The notes under the pieces: generated by a model
Databases searched by the model: none
Told to the model about the DNA's origin: nothing
What the model saw: only the letters and a program-made list of their open reading frames with translations
Origin: a virus
Lineage: Duplodnaviria; Caudoviricetes
Reading direction: 5' to 3' (one strand)
IMG/VR virus record: IMGVR_UViG_3300012347_000101
Coordinates: 1-59,857 of that record
DNA: 59,857 bases
Program-made: the position numbers and the translations under genes
In this document: positions 45,760-55,556 of the stretch, piece by piece
Position numbering within the stretch: the first letter of the stretch is position 1
Layout of the letters: each line of letters begins with the position of its first letter

Positions 45760-45925
45760 AAGACGTGGGAGCACCCCGACCTAAGCTGAGGCCGCTCACT
45801 CGGTAAAAGCCTGAATGCTGTCGAAACTCTGGGGGTGCGCCCCCAACCCTTCGGGGTTTGGGTTCATGAAATCAGGGGGCGAATTCAGGAACGAGCAAAC
45901 TGTTCATAACTAAGAAAGACATAAC

Positions 45926-46780
45926 ATGGCAGCAATACCTAAAAGCCCTGAGCAGCAGATCATAGGCCGGATGTACCGTTCGTATGAGCTGGCTGAGGCG
46001 AGAAGCATTGTGGAGCGCGGAGGTATCTACCTAGGTAGACTCGGCGCTTCTAGTATCGGCAATGAGTGTATCCGTAGTATCTGGCTCGACTGGCGCGGCT
46101 ACGCCCGTAAGGGGTTCAGCGGTCGAATGCTGCGCCTGTTCGGCACCGGCCACTTGCAGGAAGATCGCGTTGTAGCCGATTTGAAGGCCGCCGGTCTGCA
46201 GGTGTTTGAGAAAGACGCAGACGGCAAGCAATTTGAGTTCCTAGACCCCACCGGCCACCTCATCTGTAAAGTAGACGGCGTGATTAAAGGTGTGCCCGAG
46301 AGCGCCGAAAAGCCGCACAATCTTGAAATCAAGACCCATAACCAGACCAGCTTTAACGCTGTGGTCAAGCATGGTGTTGAGAAGCACAAGCCGATGCATT
46401 ACGTTCAGATGCAGGTGGGTATGTGGCTCGGCGGATTCACCCGTTCGCTCTACGTGTCGCTCTGCAAGAACGACGAGCAGTATGACGTGCAACGTGTGCG
46501 CACTGACCGTAAGGTGCAGAAAGGTGTCGAGCAGAAGGTCATCAAGCTGGTAGAGGCCCGCATGCGCCCCGCCGGTATCAGCGACGACAAGACGAGTTTC
46601 ACCTGCAAGTTCTGTGACATGGCGGACGTGTGCTACGGCGATGCTGAACCCTTGCGCCACTGCCGGACTTGTGTGAATTGCGCCCCGACTGAGAACGGCA
46701 CTTGGACGTGCGAGCTGAAAGGCGAACACCTTGACATCAACCAACAGCGCGCAGGCTGTACACATTATGAGGTCTTATGA
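45926..46780 (+). CDS. Cas4-like PD-(D/E)XK exonuclease
   Basis: GAS.IG..C.R, G...E, DG, LEIKT, QMQ..M, CKFC.....C, CRTC. Confidence 0.85.
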   Translation: MAAIPKSPEQQIIGRMYRSYELAEARSIVERGGIYLGRLGASSIGNECIRSIWLDWRGYARKGFSGRMLRLFGTGHLQEDRVVADLKAAGLQVFEKDADGKQFEFLDPTGHLICKVDGVIKGVPESAEKPHNLEIKTHNQTSFNAVVKHGVEKHKPMHYVQMQVGMWLGGFTRSLYVSLCKNDEQYDVQRVRTDRKVQKGVEQKVIKLVEARMRPAGISDDKTSFTCKFCDMADVCYGDAEPLRHCRTCVNCAPTENGTWTCELKGEHLDINQQRAGCTHYEVL

Positions 46781-47067
46781 AAACCCCACACAAACACGCT
46801 GAACTCATCAAGGCTTGGGCTGATGGGGCAGAGATTCAATTAAAACTGAATGCGGTACAATGGGGGGATTGTGTAGACCCGTATTGGAACCCTGACCTCG
46901 AATACCGCATCAAGCCCGAACCAAATCCTGAGGTGATGTCTTACTACTATGTGGGTCTTGACGGAGACTTGTTGCGTTGGTCTGGTCTGAACAAACATGA
47001 CGCACATTTACGACTTATCGTAGACACCAAGACTCTTAAAATAAAATCAGCAGAGGTGCTCCAATGA
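46777..47067 (+). CDS. Hypothetical protein
   Basis: HKHAELIKAWADGAEIQ...EYRIKP; ATGA overlaps. Confidence 0.7.
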   Translation: MKTPHKHAELIKAWADGAEIQLKLNAVQWGDCVDPYWNPDLEYRIKPEPNPEVMSYYYVGLDGDLLRWSGLNKHDAHLRLIVDTKTLKIKSAEVLQ

Positions 47068-47540
47068 TCACTATCGGAATTGACCCAGGACTCACAGGCG
47101 CTATCGGTGTGCTCAGAAGTGGCGTTTTCGTGGCCGTAGAGGACATGCCAACGGTTGCCAAGGGCTCGGGTAGTGTGAAGCGCGAAGTTGACCCCGCAGG
47201 GCTGTTTTCGCTGCTTCGTTCGCATGTGCCGCCGGTGGATGCAGTCAGCGTTGTGCTTGAGCGTGTGAACGCCATGCCAGGACAGGGAGTGAGTTCGGTG
47301 TTCAGCCTTGGGGACTCGTTCGGTACGGCGCGAGCCGTCATCGCGGCCCTCGGCTGGGAGCTGCACTACGTAGCGCCGGTGACTTGGAAAAAGAGCTTCG
47401 GCCTCGCCTCTGACAAGGAGATGAGCCGCGCCCTCGCAGTCCGCACTTTCCCCACCGCGCCGCTCAACTTGAAAAAACACAGTGACCGTGCTGAGTCCCT
47501 GCTCATGGCTCGCTGGCTTTACAACACGAGGTTCAAATGA
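47064..47540 (+). CDS. ruvC: RuvC-like Holliday junction resolvase
   Basis: IGIDPG..GA, VLERV..MPGQGVSS.F..G, P..WK, D.AE..L. Confidence 0.85.
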   Translation: MITIGIDPGLTGAIGVLRSGVFVAVEDMPTVAKGSGSVKREVDPAGLFSLLRSHVPPVDAVSVVLERVNAMPGQGVSSVFSLGDSFGTARAVIAALGWELHYVAPVTWKKSFGLASDKEMSRALAVRTFPTAPLNLKKHSDRAESLLMARWLYNTRFK

Positions 47541-48946
47541 CTGATGACGAAGACGAGGGCAAAACCTGCCCCGTATGCAACAACCCTGACGTACCGGTCG
47601 TGACAACGCGAGTCAAGGGTAACGACGAAGTCGCCTTCGCGACCCGTGAGTACCGCTGTGACTGTTGTGACTGGCGTAGTGCGAGTTGGGAGGAAGAGGT
47701 ATGAGTTTGTCAACTTACGATCATGAGAAAGGATGCTTTGTGCTCAAAGACACACGCCCCCCTGCTAACGCCTTCGACTGGCGCAGGTACAACGCAGAAG
47801 AGGCAGCCCGCAACGGTGGCCTCAACGTCAAGCAGATGAACACCGAAGCCAACAAGGGTAAAGGCGTAACGGCCTACCTTGAAAAGCGCCGCGAGACTAA
47901 CCCCTCACACGGGACGTTCTTCGGTATTTCAGACAAAGAAGCCTCACCTCGAGTGGTGGGTAAGTTGGTTCGTAAATGACCAAGCTACCCCGCCTGCCTA
48001 GTCAAGTGGTCTTGTTAGGCTCAAAGGGGTACACCCCGAAACAGATGCGCGAATATGCGCTCAAAGCAATTGAAACCTACAAACTGGAGAAACAGAATGA
48101 AAAAGTTAGCAACCCTAGCGTTATTGTTGAGCATGGTTGGCTGCTCGACCGGAAACCATCAAGAACTGGTAATGGACAAGCGTCTCCAGCCGATGAGTCG
48201 TAACGAGACTATCGTTGCGGTTCGCGAGTGCGAGACTAACGGCCTGCGCGCCGTCATGATCTACGGCAAACGTCAAATCAACGGCTACAGCGCCGAAGTC
48301 GTGATCGAAGTGTCTTGCGCCCCTAAATGGTGACCTCATGTTGTACCAACAAAAAGTCGTAAGCCGTAACGCAGGTGTGAACCGTGTGGCTAGGGCGATA
48401 GCGCAGAGCCGACTCAAATCCTCCGTGCTAGACCAGAAGATCATGCTCTACATGACCGATGACGGTGAGGAGTGTTTGGACATCTGCACCGGCGTAGGTA
48501 TGACGCTGTCAATCTTGGGTTACGCCTCTGAGCTAGACCCCAAGATCAGGAAGAACGACTTGCAGGTGCGCATACTGCGCGGGGGTTTGTCCGCCCTCGC
48601 ACAGATGTCAGAGACTAACAGCTTTGACCGCAACAACTTGGTCTCTATTGACAAGGCGCTTGATGCCGCCGTAGACCTGAACGCCCGCCTCAGCCCTGAT
48701 GCGGTTAATCAGGCGTGGCTCAGAATAACCACGGCGGGGGCTTGAGTGCCTTGGGGTTACATACGCAAGCTGTTAGGCTCAGGGCTCCACTGGGGTAAGA
48801 CTCAAGAGGAGCTACAGACCGCTATTGCTCAGGCCGAACGGGACGGTATGCCCAAGGCCGCCGAGCATATACGAATCATCTTGCGGCTACGCAACAAGGT
48901 GATGATGGAAAAAGAAAACCCCGCACAAGGCGGGGCTGTAAAGTGA
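47537..48946 (+). other. Six small hypothetical genes (47537-47704 Zn ribbon, 47701-47979, 47976-48203, 48097-48333 lipoprotein, 48338-48745, 48746-48946)
   Basis: Abutting or overlapping ORFs; CPVC...CDCC; MVGC lipobox. Confidence 0.55.
48909..48936 (-). terminator. Intrinsic terminator of the leftward virion operon at the convergence point
   Basis: CCCCGC-CUUGU-GCGGGG-UUUUCUUUUU on the minus strand. Confidence 0.7.
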
Positions 48947-48966
48947 CACCTGCAAAAGTGTAGGTG

Positions 48967-50895
48967 TTATTTTACGTCTTTTTTGTTCAACTCAGCCTCG
49001 ATGTCAGCCTCAATGTCGGGGCCAGCTGTCGGGGCTGCTTCGCTTTCAAGTTGCACGTCTTTTTCCATGTCTGCCTGAGGAGCCGAGCCCTCGGGTGACG
49101 GGAAGATCGCCGTCGCAGTGCCGGTGGTGGCCGCGCCCTCGGTAGCTGAAGCCTTGACCGCCTTGGGGATAGCGGCTGCGGCCTGTTCGTCAAGCATCTT
49201 AACGACTGCGGCAACTTCGTGCGGGTCTTTTGACATAAGCATGTCGGCCAACTTGGCTGATGTCTTCTCGGTCATCTGCCCTTTGCGCAGGCCGCTCACC
49301 ACGGCGTTGGCGAGCGAACTCTTCCAACCACCGGTGATAGCGCCCATCATCGCATCACCAATACCCGAGCCGTCTTCAAGGCTCTCACGCATCTGCATAC
49401 GCTTACCCGTAGGGCTACCGCCGAGGATCTTGCTTGACTGGTTGAACAGCTGTGCCTCGCGCTCAAGAGCGTTCTTGAACAACTCAAACTGGGCAGGGTT
49501 GTCAAACAACGGCTGCAGCTTGGCTTGCATCTCGGGTGAACCAATCACACGTTGAGCAGCATTGAAGTTGCCTGACGGTTTCATGATCTTGTCATACAAA
49601 TCACGCGCCACGCCGGTGCGGAACGCATGCTTCTCTGACTCACCCATCTTTGACACGAGCTTGATGACCTGCTCATGATCCATACGACCGAACTCGTTGA
49701 TACCCTTACGCATAGCGTCAGAGAGTTCAGCGCCACCGGCGTAAATACCGCGCGCCAGTTCGTAGTCCGGAACGGCTTTGTCAAGGTCTTTCAGGAACTC
49801 ATTTTTCTTTTGAGTGTAGACGCGACCGAGCGAGGTGGTCTTGCCGGTGATGGCGTCTGTCTGGCCTTCAATCAAAGAGTCCAGACCGCGCTTCACTTGG
49901 TCTAACACCTCAACCGTGGGCTTGCTCAAATCAAGCTCGCGGCCCTCGGCCTTGAGTAGCTTGTCGGCTTCCTTCAAAGCCTGTTGGAACTGCGGCAGCT
50001 CCATGTACTTGAGCACCTTAGGGTCAGTTACCTCGCCGTACGAGTAGGCTTGTTGGTATGCTGGGCCTGCGAGGGTGCGCATTTCCTCTTGCAACTTGGT
50101 CAAGTCGTCGTAGTAGTCTCCTGGCTTGAGGGCTTTGACCGCCTGCTGCTGAGTGCGCTCACGCGCGCCCAGTTTCTGATCCATCAACGTCTTCTCAATC
50201 TTACGCGCGCCTGAGCCGGTGCGCTGGGCCACGGCTTCGGCTAAGTCAGCGAGCGCGGGGTTGGTGTTAGCGATCACCGAAGGTACACCCATCGCTTTGT
50301 CCTTAGCCATCTGGGCTTGGATTTGAGCAGTAGTGAGTTTGTCTTGAGCCATGGCTTCGGACATTTTCTCAGCCGCTTTGCGCTCAACGAGGGCATCAGT
50401 GGGGAAGAGGCGCTCTCGCAGCCAGCTTGAAGCGCCCTTAGTGCCGCGAACGGCCATCGGCACAGCCAACCCTAGGGTTGTACCCATTACACCGCCGGTA
50501 AACGCGCCTGAGCCACGGCTACCTTCTTCAGCCGAACCTGCACCGCTGACAGCGCCTGTGACCCCGCCCGCGCCCGCGAGCTTGGCCCATGCGGGAATGC
50601 GTGAAGCCACGGCTGCCGCCGTACCTTGGACCTGCTGAGCGCCCGCCTGACGAGTCGGGGGGTACATCATCAGCGCCACTCCAGGAGCCGCCCCGCCCGC
50701 AAACTCAGCTGTGCCAGCGGTGATCGGGTATTGCTGTGAGAACTGGCCGTACTCGCTACGTACCTTCTTCAAGTTGTCTTCGTAGCTCTCGTTGCCGAGC
50801 TTGGAGCGGAGCCATGCTTCGGCCTCATCACCCCAACCCATACCGAGACCTTGACCAAATGCGGCCCGAGCGCCGCCGACTAATGGATCAGCCAT
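48967..50895 (-). CDS. Internal virion/DNA ejection protein
   Basis: GQG...GWGDE N-terminus, Gly/Ala-rich then helical; last of the ejection block. Confidence 0.65.
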   Translation of the reverse strand: MADPLVGGARAAFGQGLGMGWGDEAEAWLRSKLGNESYEDNLKKVRSEYGQFSQQYPITAGTAEFAGGAAPGVALMMYPPTRQAGAQQVQGTAAAVASRIPAWAKLAGAGGVTGAVSGAGSAEEGSRGSGAFTGGVMGTTLGLAVPMAVRGTKGASSWLRERLFPTDALVERKAAEKMSEAMAQDKLTTAQIQAQMAKDKAMGVPSVIANTNPALADLAEAVAQRTGSGARKIEKTLMDQKLGARERTQQQAVKALKPGDYYDDLTKLQEEMRTLAGPAYQQAYSYGEVTDPKVLKYMELPQFQQALKEADKLLKAEGRELDLSKPTVEVLDQVKRGLDSLIEGQTDAITGKTTSLGRVYTQKKNEFLKDLDKAVPDYELARGIYAGGAELSDAMRKGINEFGRMDHEQVIKLVSKMGESEKHAFRTGVARDLYDKIMKPSGNFNAAQRVIGSPEMQAKLQPLFDNPAQFELFKNALEREAQLFNQSSKILGGSPTGKRMQMRESLEDGSGIGDAMMGAITGGWKSSLANAVVSGLRKGQMTEKTSAKLADMLMSKDPHEVAAVVKMLDEQAAAAIPKAVKASATEGAATTGTATAIFPSPEGSAPQADMEKDVQLESEAAPTAGPDIEADIEAELNKKDVK

Positions 50896-52172
50896 TATTC
50901 AATCCCTTCAGCCGCTGCGGGCGTTGTGTCACGGTAGAGACCTTGGTTAATCTCGTTCAAGCGTTTACGGCTACGCTCTGATACGGATTTGAGCGCGGCG
51001 TAGCCGCTCTTCATGATACGGGCTCGCTCTTCGATGCTCTTCGCGCCCAAGCCCTGAACGTCTTGCAGCGCCTTGCGCTCGTCGTTAGAGATAGCTCCTG
51101 GGAACGTAGACTTGAGCGACGACAACGCAGCTTTTTCAAGCATGTTCTCAAGCTCGCGAGTGTTGATGACTTTGGGGTCTTTTGAGCCCGTGGCCTCAAG
51201 CAGTTTACGTTGCGCTGTGTCCGGCAGGGACGTGTCAAACGTGTTGGGGTTCAAGGCGTAAGCCTTCTTCAAAGTCAACATCGCCTGATCGGTCTGCGCC
51301 AACATGTCTTCGGTGTCGGTCTTGAGTTTGACTTCAACAGGGGTGAGCTTGGCGGCGGCCTTCTTAGACTCGTCAAACTTCTGTTGATTCAAAGCCAAGT
51401 TAGCCTGCGCAACGGACATATTTGCGAGGGTGGCGTTGATGGTGGACATCTGCTTCTCGACGTTCATGTCTGCGATCTGCCCCACGCGCTTCTGGAACTC
51501 AGGGGTTCCTGGCTTCAAGCCTTCGTCTTGAGCCTGCTTACCCGCCGTAGACTGAGGCTGGCCGGACTTGATGTAGTCCTTGAGCAACTCGGCGGAGATC
51601 GCGCGCTTGTCTTTCATCTCTTCGCCGGCAAGGGTGCGCAGCGTGGTGAGGTCGTCTTTCGCGCCTTGCATCTTGATCTTTTGACCTTCGAGTTGGAGCT
51701 GCTTTTTGAGGGCGCTTTGGCCTTTAGTGTACTCACCCATGGTCGCACCGACGTTGCCGAGAGTCTCAGCGAAGTTGCCGGTCTTAGTTGGAGCACCGAA
51801 AGCCGCTGCAAGGCGGAAGTACATCTCGGCCTTGTCGGTGGGGGAACCCTCGACCGAGCTTTGCAGCATCTTCTGGAATGCCTCGGTTTCAGCGTTAGCG
51901 CGACCGCGCGCGCTTTTCAACTCAGCGCCGTAAGTCGACTCGCCTGAGGTGTATTTGCTCAACATGTCGAGCAGCTGGGGCGGGACTGAACCCTGCTGTG
52001 CTGGGGCGGCCTCAATACCTTGGGCTTGCACCGGCGTAACCGTGCTACCCGCTGCGGCAGGGATACTCTCAACCGGCCCCGCGACTTGCGCGGCGGGATT
52101 GTTGTAGTACTTGGCGAGGAGTTCGTCCACACCGCCGATACCGTACTGGCTGGCTAAATCTTGAATTTCCAT
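50895..52172 (-). CDS. Internal virion/ejection protein
   Basis: Helical, GAISNDE motif; position. Confidence 0.6.
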   Translation of the reverse strand: MEIQDLASQYGIGGVDELLAKYYNNPAAQVAGPVESIPAAAGSTVTPVQAQGIEAAPAQQGSVPPQLLDMLSKYTSGESTYGAELKSARGRANAETEAFQKMLQSSVEGSPTDKAEMYFRLAAAFGAPTKTGNFAETLGNVGATMGEYTKGQSALKKQLQLEGQKIKMQGAKDDLTTLRTLAGEEMKDKRAISAELLKDYIKSGQPQSTAGKQAQDEGLKPGTPEFQKRVGQIADMNVEKQMSTINATLANMSVAQANLALNQQKFDESKKAAAKLTPVEVKLKTDTEDMLAQTDQAMLTLKKAYALNPNTFDTSLPDTAQRKLLEATGSKDPKVINTRELENMLEKAALSSLKSTFPGAISNDERKALQDVQGLGAKSIEERARIMKSGYAALKSVSERSRKRLNEINQGLYRDTTPAAAEGIE

Positions 52173-52181
52173 CTTGGCTCC

Positions 52182-53069
52182 TTAGCCGTTAGCCATCTTG
52201 TACAAGCCCATACCCGCCGCGCCCGCAGAGGCGAGCTGTGACAACGGTGAGGCGCTGTAAGTCTGGCCGGTGGTTGAACCTGCGTTGGTGGTGGTTGTAG
52301 GTGTGATTGGAGCCATACCACGCACCTGTGTTGACAACCAGTCCGCCATTTGACGGGGGTAGAGTTGTGCGTTTTGATACTGTTGGTAGGCTGCATCGGC
52401 CTCTTTTTGAGCCAACTGTTGTTGGGCTGAACCTGCGGCCTCGAGCGCGGCGGTGTCGGCAGTGCGCATCTGTTGGCCTTGACCTGCCATAGTGGCGAGC
52501 TGTTGTAGCGCGGACTGTTGACGGTTCAAATCGGCTGAAGACGCGCCGAGGGCTTGAGTGTAGCCTTGTTGCAACGCCTGACCCTGCTGACCTAAGATCG
52601 ACTCTTGAGTGTCACGCAGCGCACGGCTACCGAACTCACCCATGCGTGTCCCGCCGAACGAACCGGCTTTTATGAACGCATCTGAGACTCCTGGCAGCAG
52701 GTTCTCGCTCAAGTTACGAGCGCCGAGCTGGGCGATACGGTCAGTCACGTTCTGTGTGTACGGGTTCATGTAGGCGTCCACGTTGCCTACTGAAGTGGTG
52801 TTGGTCAGGTTTTGCGTGCCTGCGGTGGCTTGCTGGTACGGCTGTTGCCACTGGCCTACGTTCTGCCCGACTTGCTCGTAGGCTTGCTTCTGCTGAGGCG
52901 TGAGCCCCGCTACGAGGGGTTTGTCGTAGGCTTGATAAGGCTGCGCAGCGAGGTTAGACGCAAGCTGAACCTGCGTGTAGATCGCATCCTGCATCCACTT
53001 TGGGGTCTCGGTGGATGAGGTGGTGTAAGACGTTGCCGTCTGGGGGGTGCCTGAGAAAATTCCAGCCAT
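52182..53069 (-). CDS. Internal virion/ejection (DNA pilot-like) protein
   Basis: Gln/Ala-rich, YMNPY, GSFGGTR. Confidence 0.65.
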   Translation of the reverse strand: MAGIFSGTPQTATSYTTSSTETPKWMQDAIYTQVQLASNLAAQPYQAYDKPLVAGLTPQQKQAYEQVGQNVGQWQQPYQQATAGTQNLTNTTSVGNVDAYMNPYTQNVTDRIAQLGARNLSENLLPGVSDAFIKAGSFGGTRMGEFGSRALRDTQESILGQQGQALQQGYTQALGASSADLNRQQSALQQLATMAGQGQQMRTADTAALEAAGSAQQQLAQKEADAAYQQYQNAQLYPRQMADWLSTQVRGMAPITPTTTTNAGSTTGQTYSASPLSQLASAGAAGMGLYKMANG

Positions 53070-54904
53070 TACGCTGCTCCCTTCAAATATGCGAGGGGTG
53101 ACTTAGCCGCAGGGCTGAAGCCGCCTTTAGCGAGTGTTTTGCCTTTTTGCATACGCAACTTCTTACGCATCTCATCAAGGCGTTTAGCGCCTTCCTTGGT
53201 GGAGCCGTCACCGAGCAGGGCTACGGTCTCAGCGTCCATGACGTATTCGCCATCTGACAACTTGGCGTGGATGGTGTCCGCGCGGCCTGAGCCACCACCT
53301 TGAGCCAAGGCGTTCAGAGCCCCGCCGCGAGCGTAACCAGGAGTTTCGCTCTGCGTAGTACCGACCTGTTTGTTGTATTGACCACTAGAAACAGCGTTCC
53401 AGTTGTTAGCCATGTACGTGCCGAGGTCTTGACCCTGAGCCGAAGCATCCGCCATCATTTTGTTCCAATCCCAAACCACGGTTGGGCGGTTGAAGTATTC
53501 TTTTTGAGACGGGCTCATAGACTCGATAGCCTGTTGAGCCTCGACCGGAACCTCAGGGGTGGCAGCCGCGCCAGCGAGGCCCGCCAACGCCAAACCGCCG
53601 TAACCCGTTGCGTTGTTCATACCGATGTTAGTTGTGTCTAGGCCGAGCTTAGTTGGTAGGTCTTGTGGCGGGGTGTAGAGCTGGTTAGCGTTGTTAGCAG
53701 CTGCGGCCTCAAGCGGGCTCGGAGTGGGTTGTGTTTTCAGGCTGTAGTCAACCGTCATGTCTGGGTTCAGCTCGGTTCCGCTGTTTGAGACTGCGTACTT
53801 GTTCAAACCGCCGCCAGACACGCTGTTAGGGTCAAGCTCGGTCTTAGAGCCGAACTGACCCTCACCGCCTGAAGACTGCTTCAAACCCATACCGTCAGTC
53901 ACGGTGGTAGAGGGTTTGGTGTTCTGGTAACCTTGCATACCCGCAGCGGTTAAACCACCCATCAAACCGCCTCTAATAGCGGTTTTAGCATCAGCGCCTG
54001 TGGCTAACAAATTACCCGCCGTCATACCGCCAGCGCGGATGCCCGCATTGAGTGCGCTGTTACCTGCACCGGCCATACCGCCGATAGCGTTGCTAGTCAT
54101 ACCGCCCGCAGCACCCATAGCCGCACCCTTGGCAAACCCTTGTCCGGTGGCTTGGCCTACTGCACCGCCGATCAAAGAGCTACCTAGCGCGTTCTGAGCG
54201 CCCGCGCTCAAAGTAGTACCCATAGCGCTGTTAGCTGCGCCACCTAACGCGCTACCCGCACCTGCGCCCAACGCCCCGAAAGCTGCGCCCGTCAAAGCGC
54301 CTTTCAAACCGCCGCCGCCAGCAGCACCCATGACACCGCCAAGCGCGGCTGACATAGCCATACCCATACCAGGAAAAGCCATATTGAGCGCGATAGGGGC
54401 TGCGATTTTGATCAAACTTTTAAGACCGCCGCCCTTGAACTCGCGCAGACCAGTGTTAGGGTTGATGCCACCAGAGCCACCCATACGGCGTAGCATCTCG
54501 GCTTCCATAGGGTTGATGTGGGCCAACATCGTATCACCGCCGCGACCTTGAGCAGCGAGTTGGGCAAGGCCGCCGCGAGCAAAAGCCGCTTGTTGCTGGC
54601 CGGATTGGTCTTTAATACCGTAGAACACGATGAGCAGGGAAGCGATAGCGAGAGGGTTGAACTCTTCTGGGAGATCGTCTTGATCAACAAACCCGTCACG
54701 GATAGCCGCTGCGCGAACGGCAGGGTAGTCTTGCGGACTGTCCATGACGTGTTCAAGCACTTGAATGATCTCATCGATCATCTGTGGGTTGAGGTTCATT
54801 TGAGCGACCTCTTGTTTGGCCACCTCTACTGCCTGCTGAACCTGCGGGTTCTGGCTGGCGATTTGCATGATTTGTTGACGATCCATCTTTACTTCCTTCG
54901 CCAC
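53069..54904 (-). CDS. Internal virion protein with Gly-rich membrane-like segment and ARGG motifs
   Basis: GRGGDTMLAHINP.E, INPNTGLREF, GSGRAD.I.A.LSDGEYV. Confidence 0.65.
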   Translation of the reverse strand: MAKEVKMDRQQIMQIASQNPQVQQAVEVAKQEVAQMNLNPQMIDEIIQVLEHVMDSPQDYPAVRAAAIRDGFVDQDDLPEEFNPLAIASLLIVFYGIKDQSGQQQAAFARGGLAQLAAQGRGGDTMLAHINPMEAEMLRRMGGSGGINPNTGLREFKGGGLKSLIKIAAPIALNMAFPGMGMAMSAALGGVMGAAGGGGLKGALTGAAFGALGAGAGSALGGAANSAMGTTLSAGAQNALGSSLIGGAVGQATGQGFAKGAAMGAAGGMTSNAIGGMAGAGNSALNAGIRAGGMTAGNLLATGADAKTAIRGGLMGGLTAAGMQGYQNTKPSTTVTDGMGLKQSSGGEGQFGSKTELDPNSVSGGGLNKYAVSNSGTELNPDMTVDYSLKTQPTPSPLEAAAANNANQLYTPPQDLPTKLGLDTTNIGMNNATGYGGLALAGLAGAAATPEVPVEAQQAIESMSPSQKEYFNRPTVVWDWNKMMADASAQGQDLGTYMANNWNAVSSGQYNKQVGTTQSETPGYARGGALNALAQGGGSGRADTIHAKLSDGEYVMDAETVALLGDGSTKEGAKRLDEMRKKLRMQKGKTLAKGGFSPAAKSPLAYLKGAA

Positions 54905-55329
54905 TTGTGTGACTCAAAATTTTCCCTTAAAAACCCATAAACGCAAAGGTCATCATCAATGAATGCCCTGCGCATGACCCCTTCGAGCTGGAAGCCGATG
55001 TGTTCGTCAAACCGGCGAGCAGCCGTATTCTTTGAACGCACAAGCCCCGTGACCCGCTGCAATTTCAATCTGTCAAACACGAACTCAAAGAGTTCGTTAA
55101 ACATCTTGACGATCTCCCGAGGGCGAGCCCAGCTCGCGCCAGGAACCGCCGCAGTGTGCATGTCTACCCCGAGCGCACTGAAGTTTGACAACACGATGAC
55201 AAACACAAAGTTGTCATTCTCATCAACCGCCGACACCGCCCTGCAGAACCCCGTCACACCCTCGATACCGAGCACGTTCTTAGCCCATTCCACAGCCTCA
55301 AGCTCACGCTCAAACCCTATGTACCGCAT
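54889..55329 (-). CDS. GNAT-fold tail assembly protein (start ATG 55329)
   Basis: F..LKLQRVTGLV...N......EHIGFQLEG..R; between tail hub and ejection genes. Confidence 0.7.
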   Translation of the reverse strand: MRYIGFERELEAVEWAKNVLGIEGVTGFCRAVSAVDENDNFVFVIVLSNFSALGVDMHTAAVPGASWARPREIVKMFNELFEFVFDRLKLQRVTGLVRSKNTAARRFDEHIGFQLEGVMRRAFIDDDLCVYGFLRENFESHKWRRK

Positions 55330-55556
55330 CAGCTCAGGCTCTGGCAGAACCGGTCTGCCCATTCACGCCAATCTTCATACGCATACGGTATAGGCGGGTT
55401 ACGCCCGATTGTTGTGTTGTTGAGGAACTGAACTGCCCAGTCTTGCCAGTGGGCTTCGTCGGTGAGACGACCGAACGCACCGTAGGGGTCGAGGTCTAAA
55501 ATGACCTGATTGGCCCAGTCGAGGAGTTCGAGGTTGGTCGGCAGTGTGACTATCAT
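55329..55556 (-). CDS. Small Trp-rich tail-module protein
   Basis: WQDWA...P.PY...DWREWA; overlaps neighbours. Confidence 0.65.
   Translation of the reverse strand: MIVTLPTNLELLDWANQVILDLDPYGAFGRLTDEAHWQDWAVQFLNNTTIGRNPPIPYAYEDWREWADRFCQSLS

Noticed and set aside
45767-45890. HDV-like, hammerhead or twister ribozyme
   Set aside because: CGAA precedes the pseudoknot strand, but there is no P3/L3 or P1.1 GG, no CUGANGA core and no twister L4 consensus
45926-46780. CRISPR-Cas system
   Set aside because: Solo Cas4-like nuclease in a Sak4/SSB/RuvC context; no array or other cas genes seen
54889-55329. Acetyltransferase of the hypermodification pathway (PaMx11-type)
   Set aside because: Lies in the tail operon between hub and ejection genes, a usual position for podoviral GNAT-fold proteins, far from the cluster
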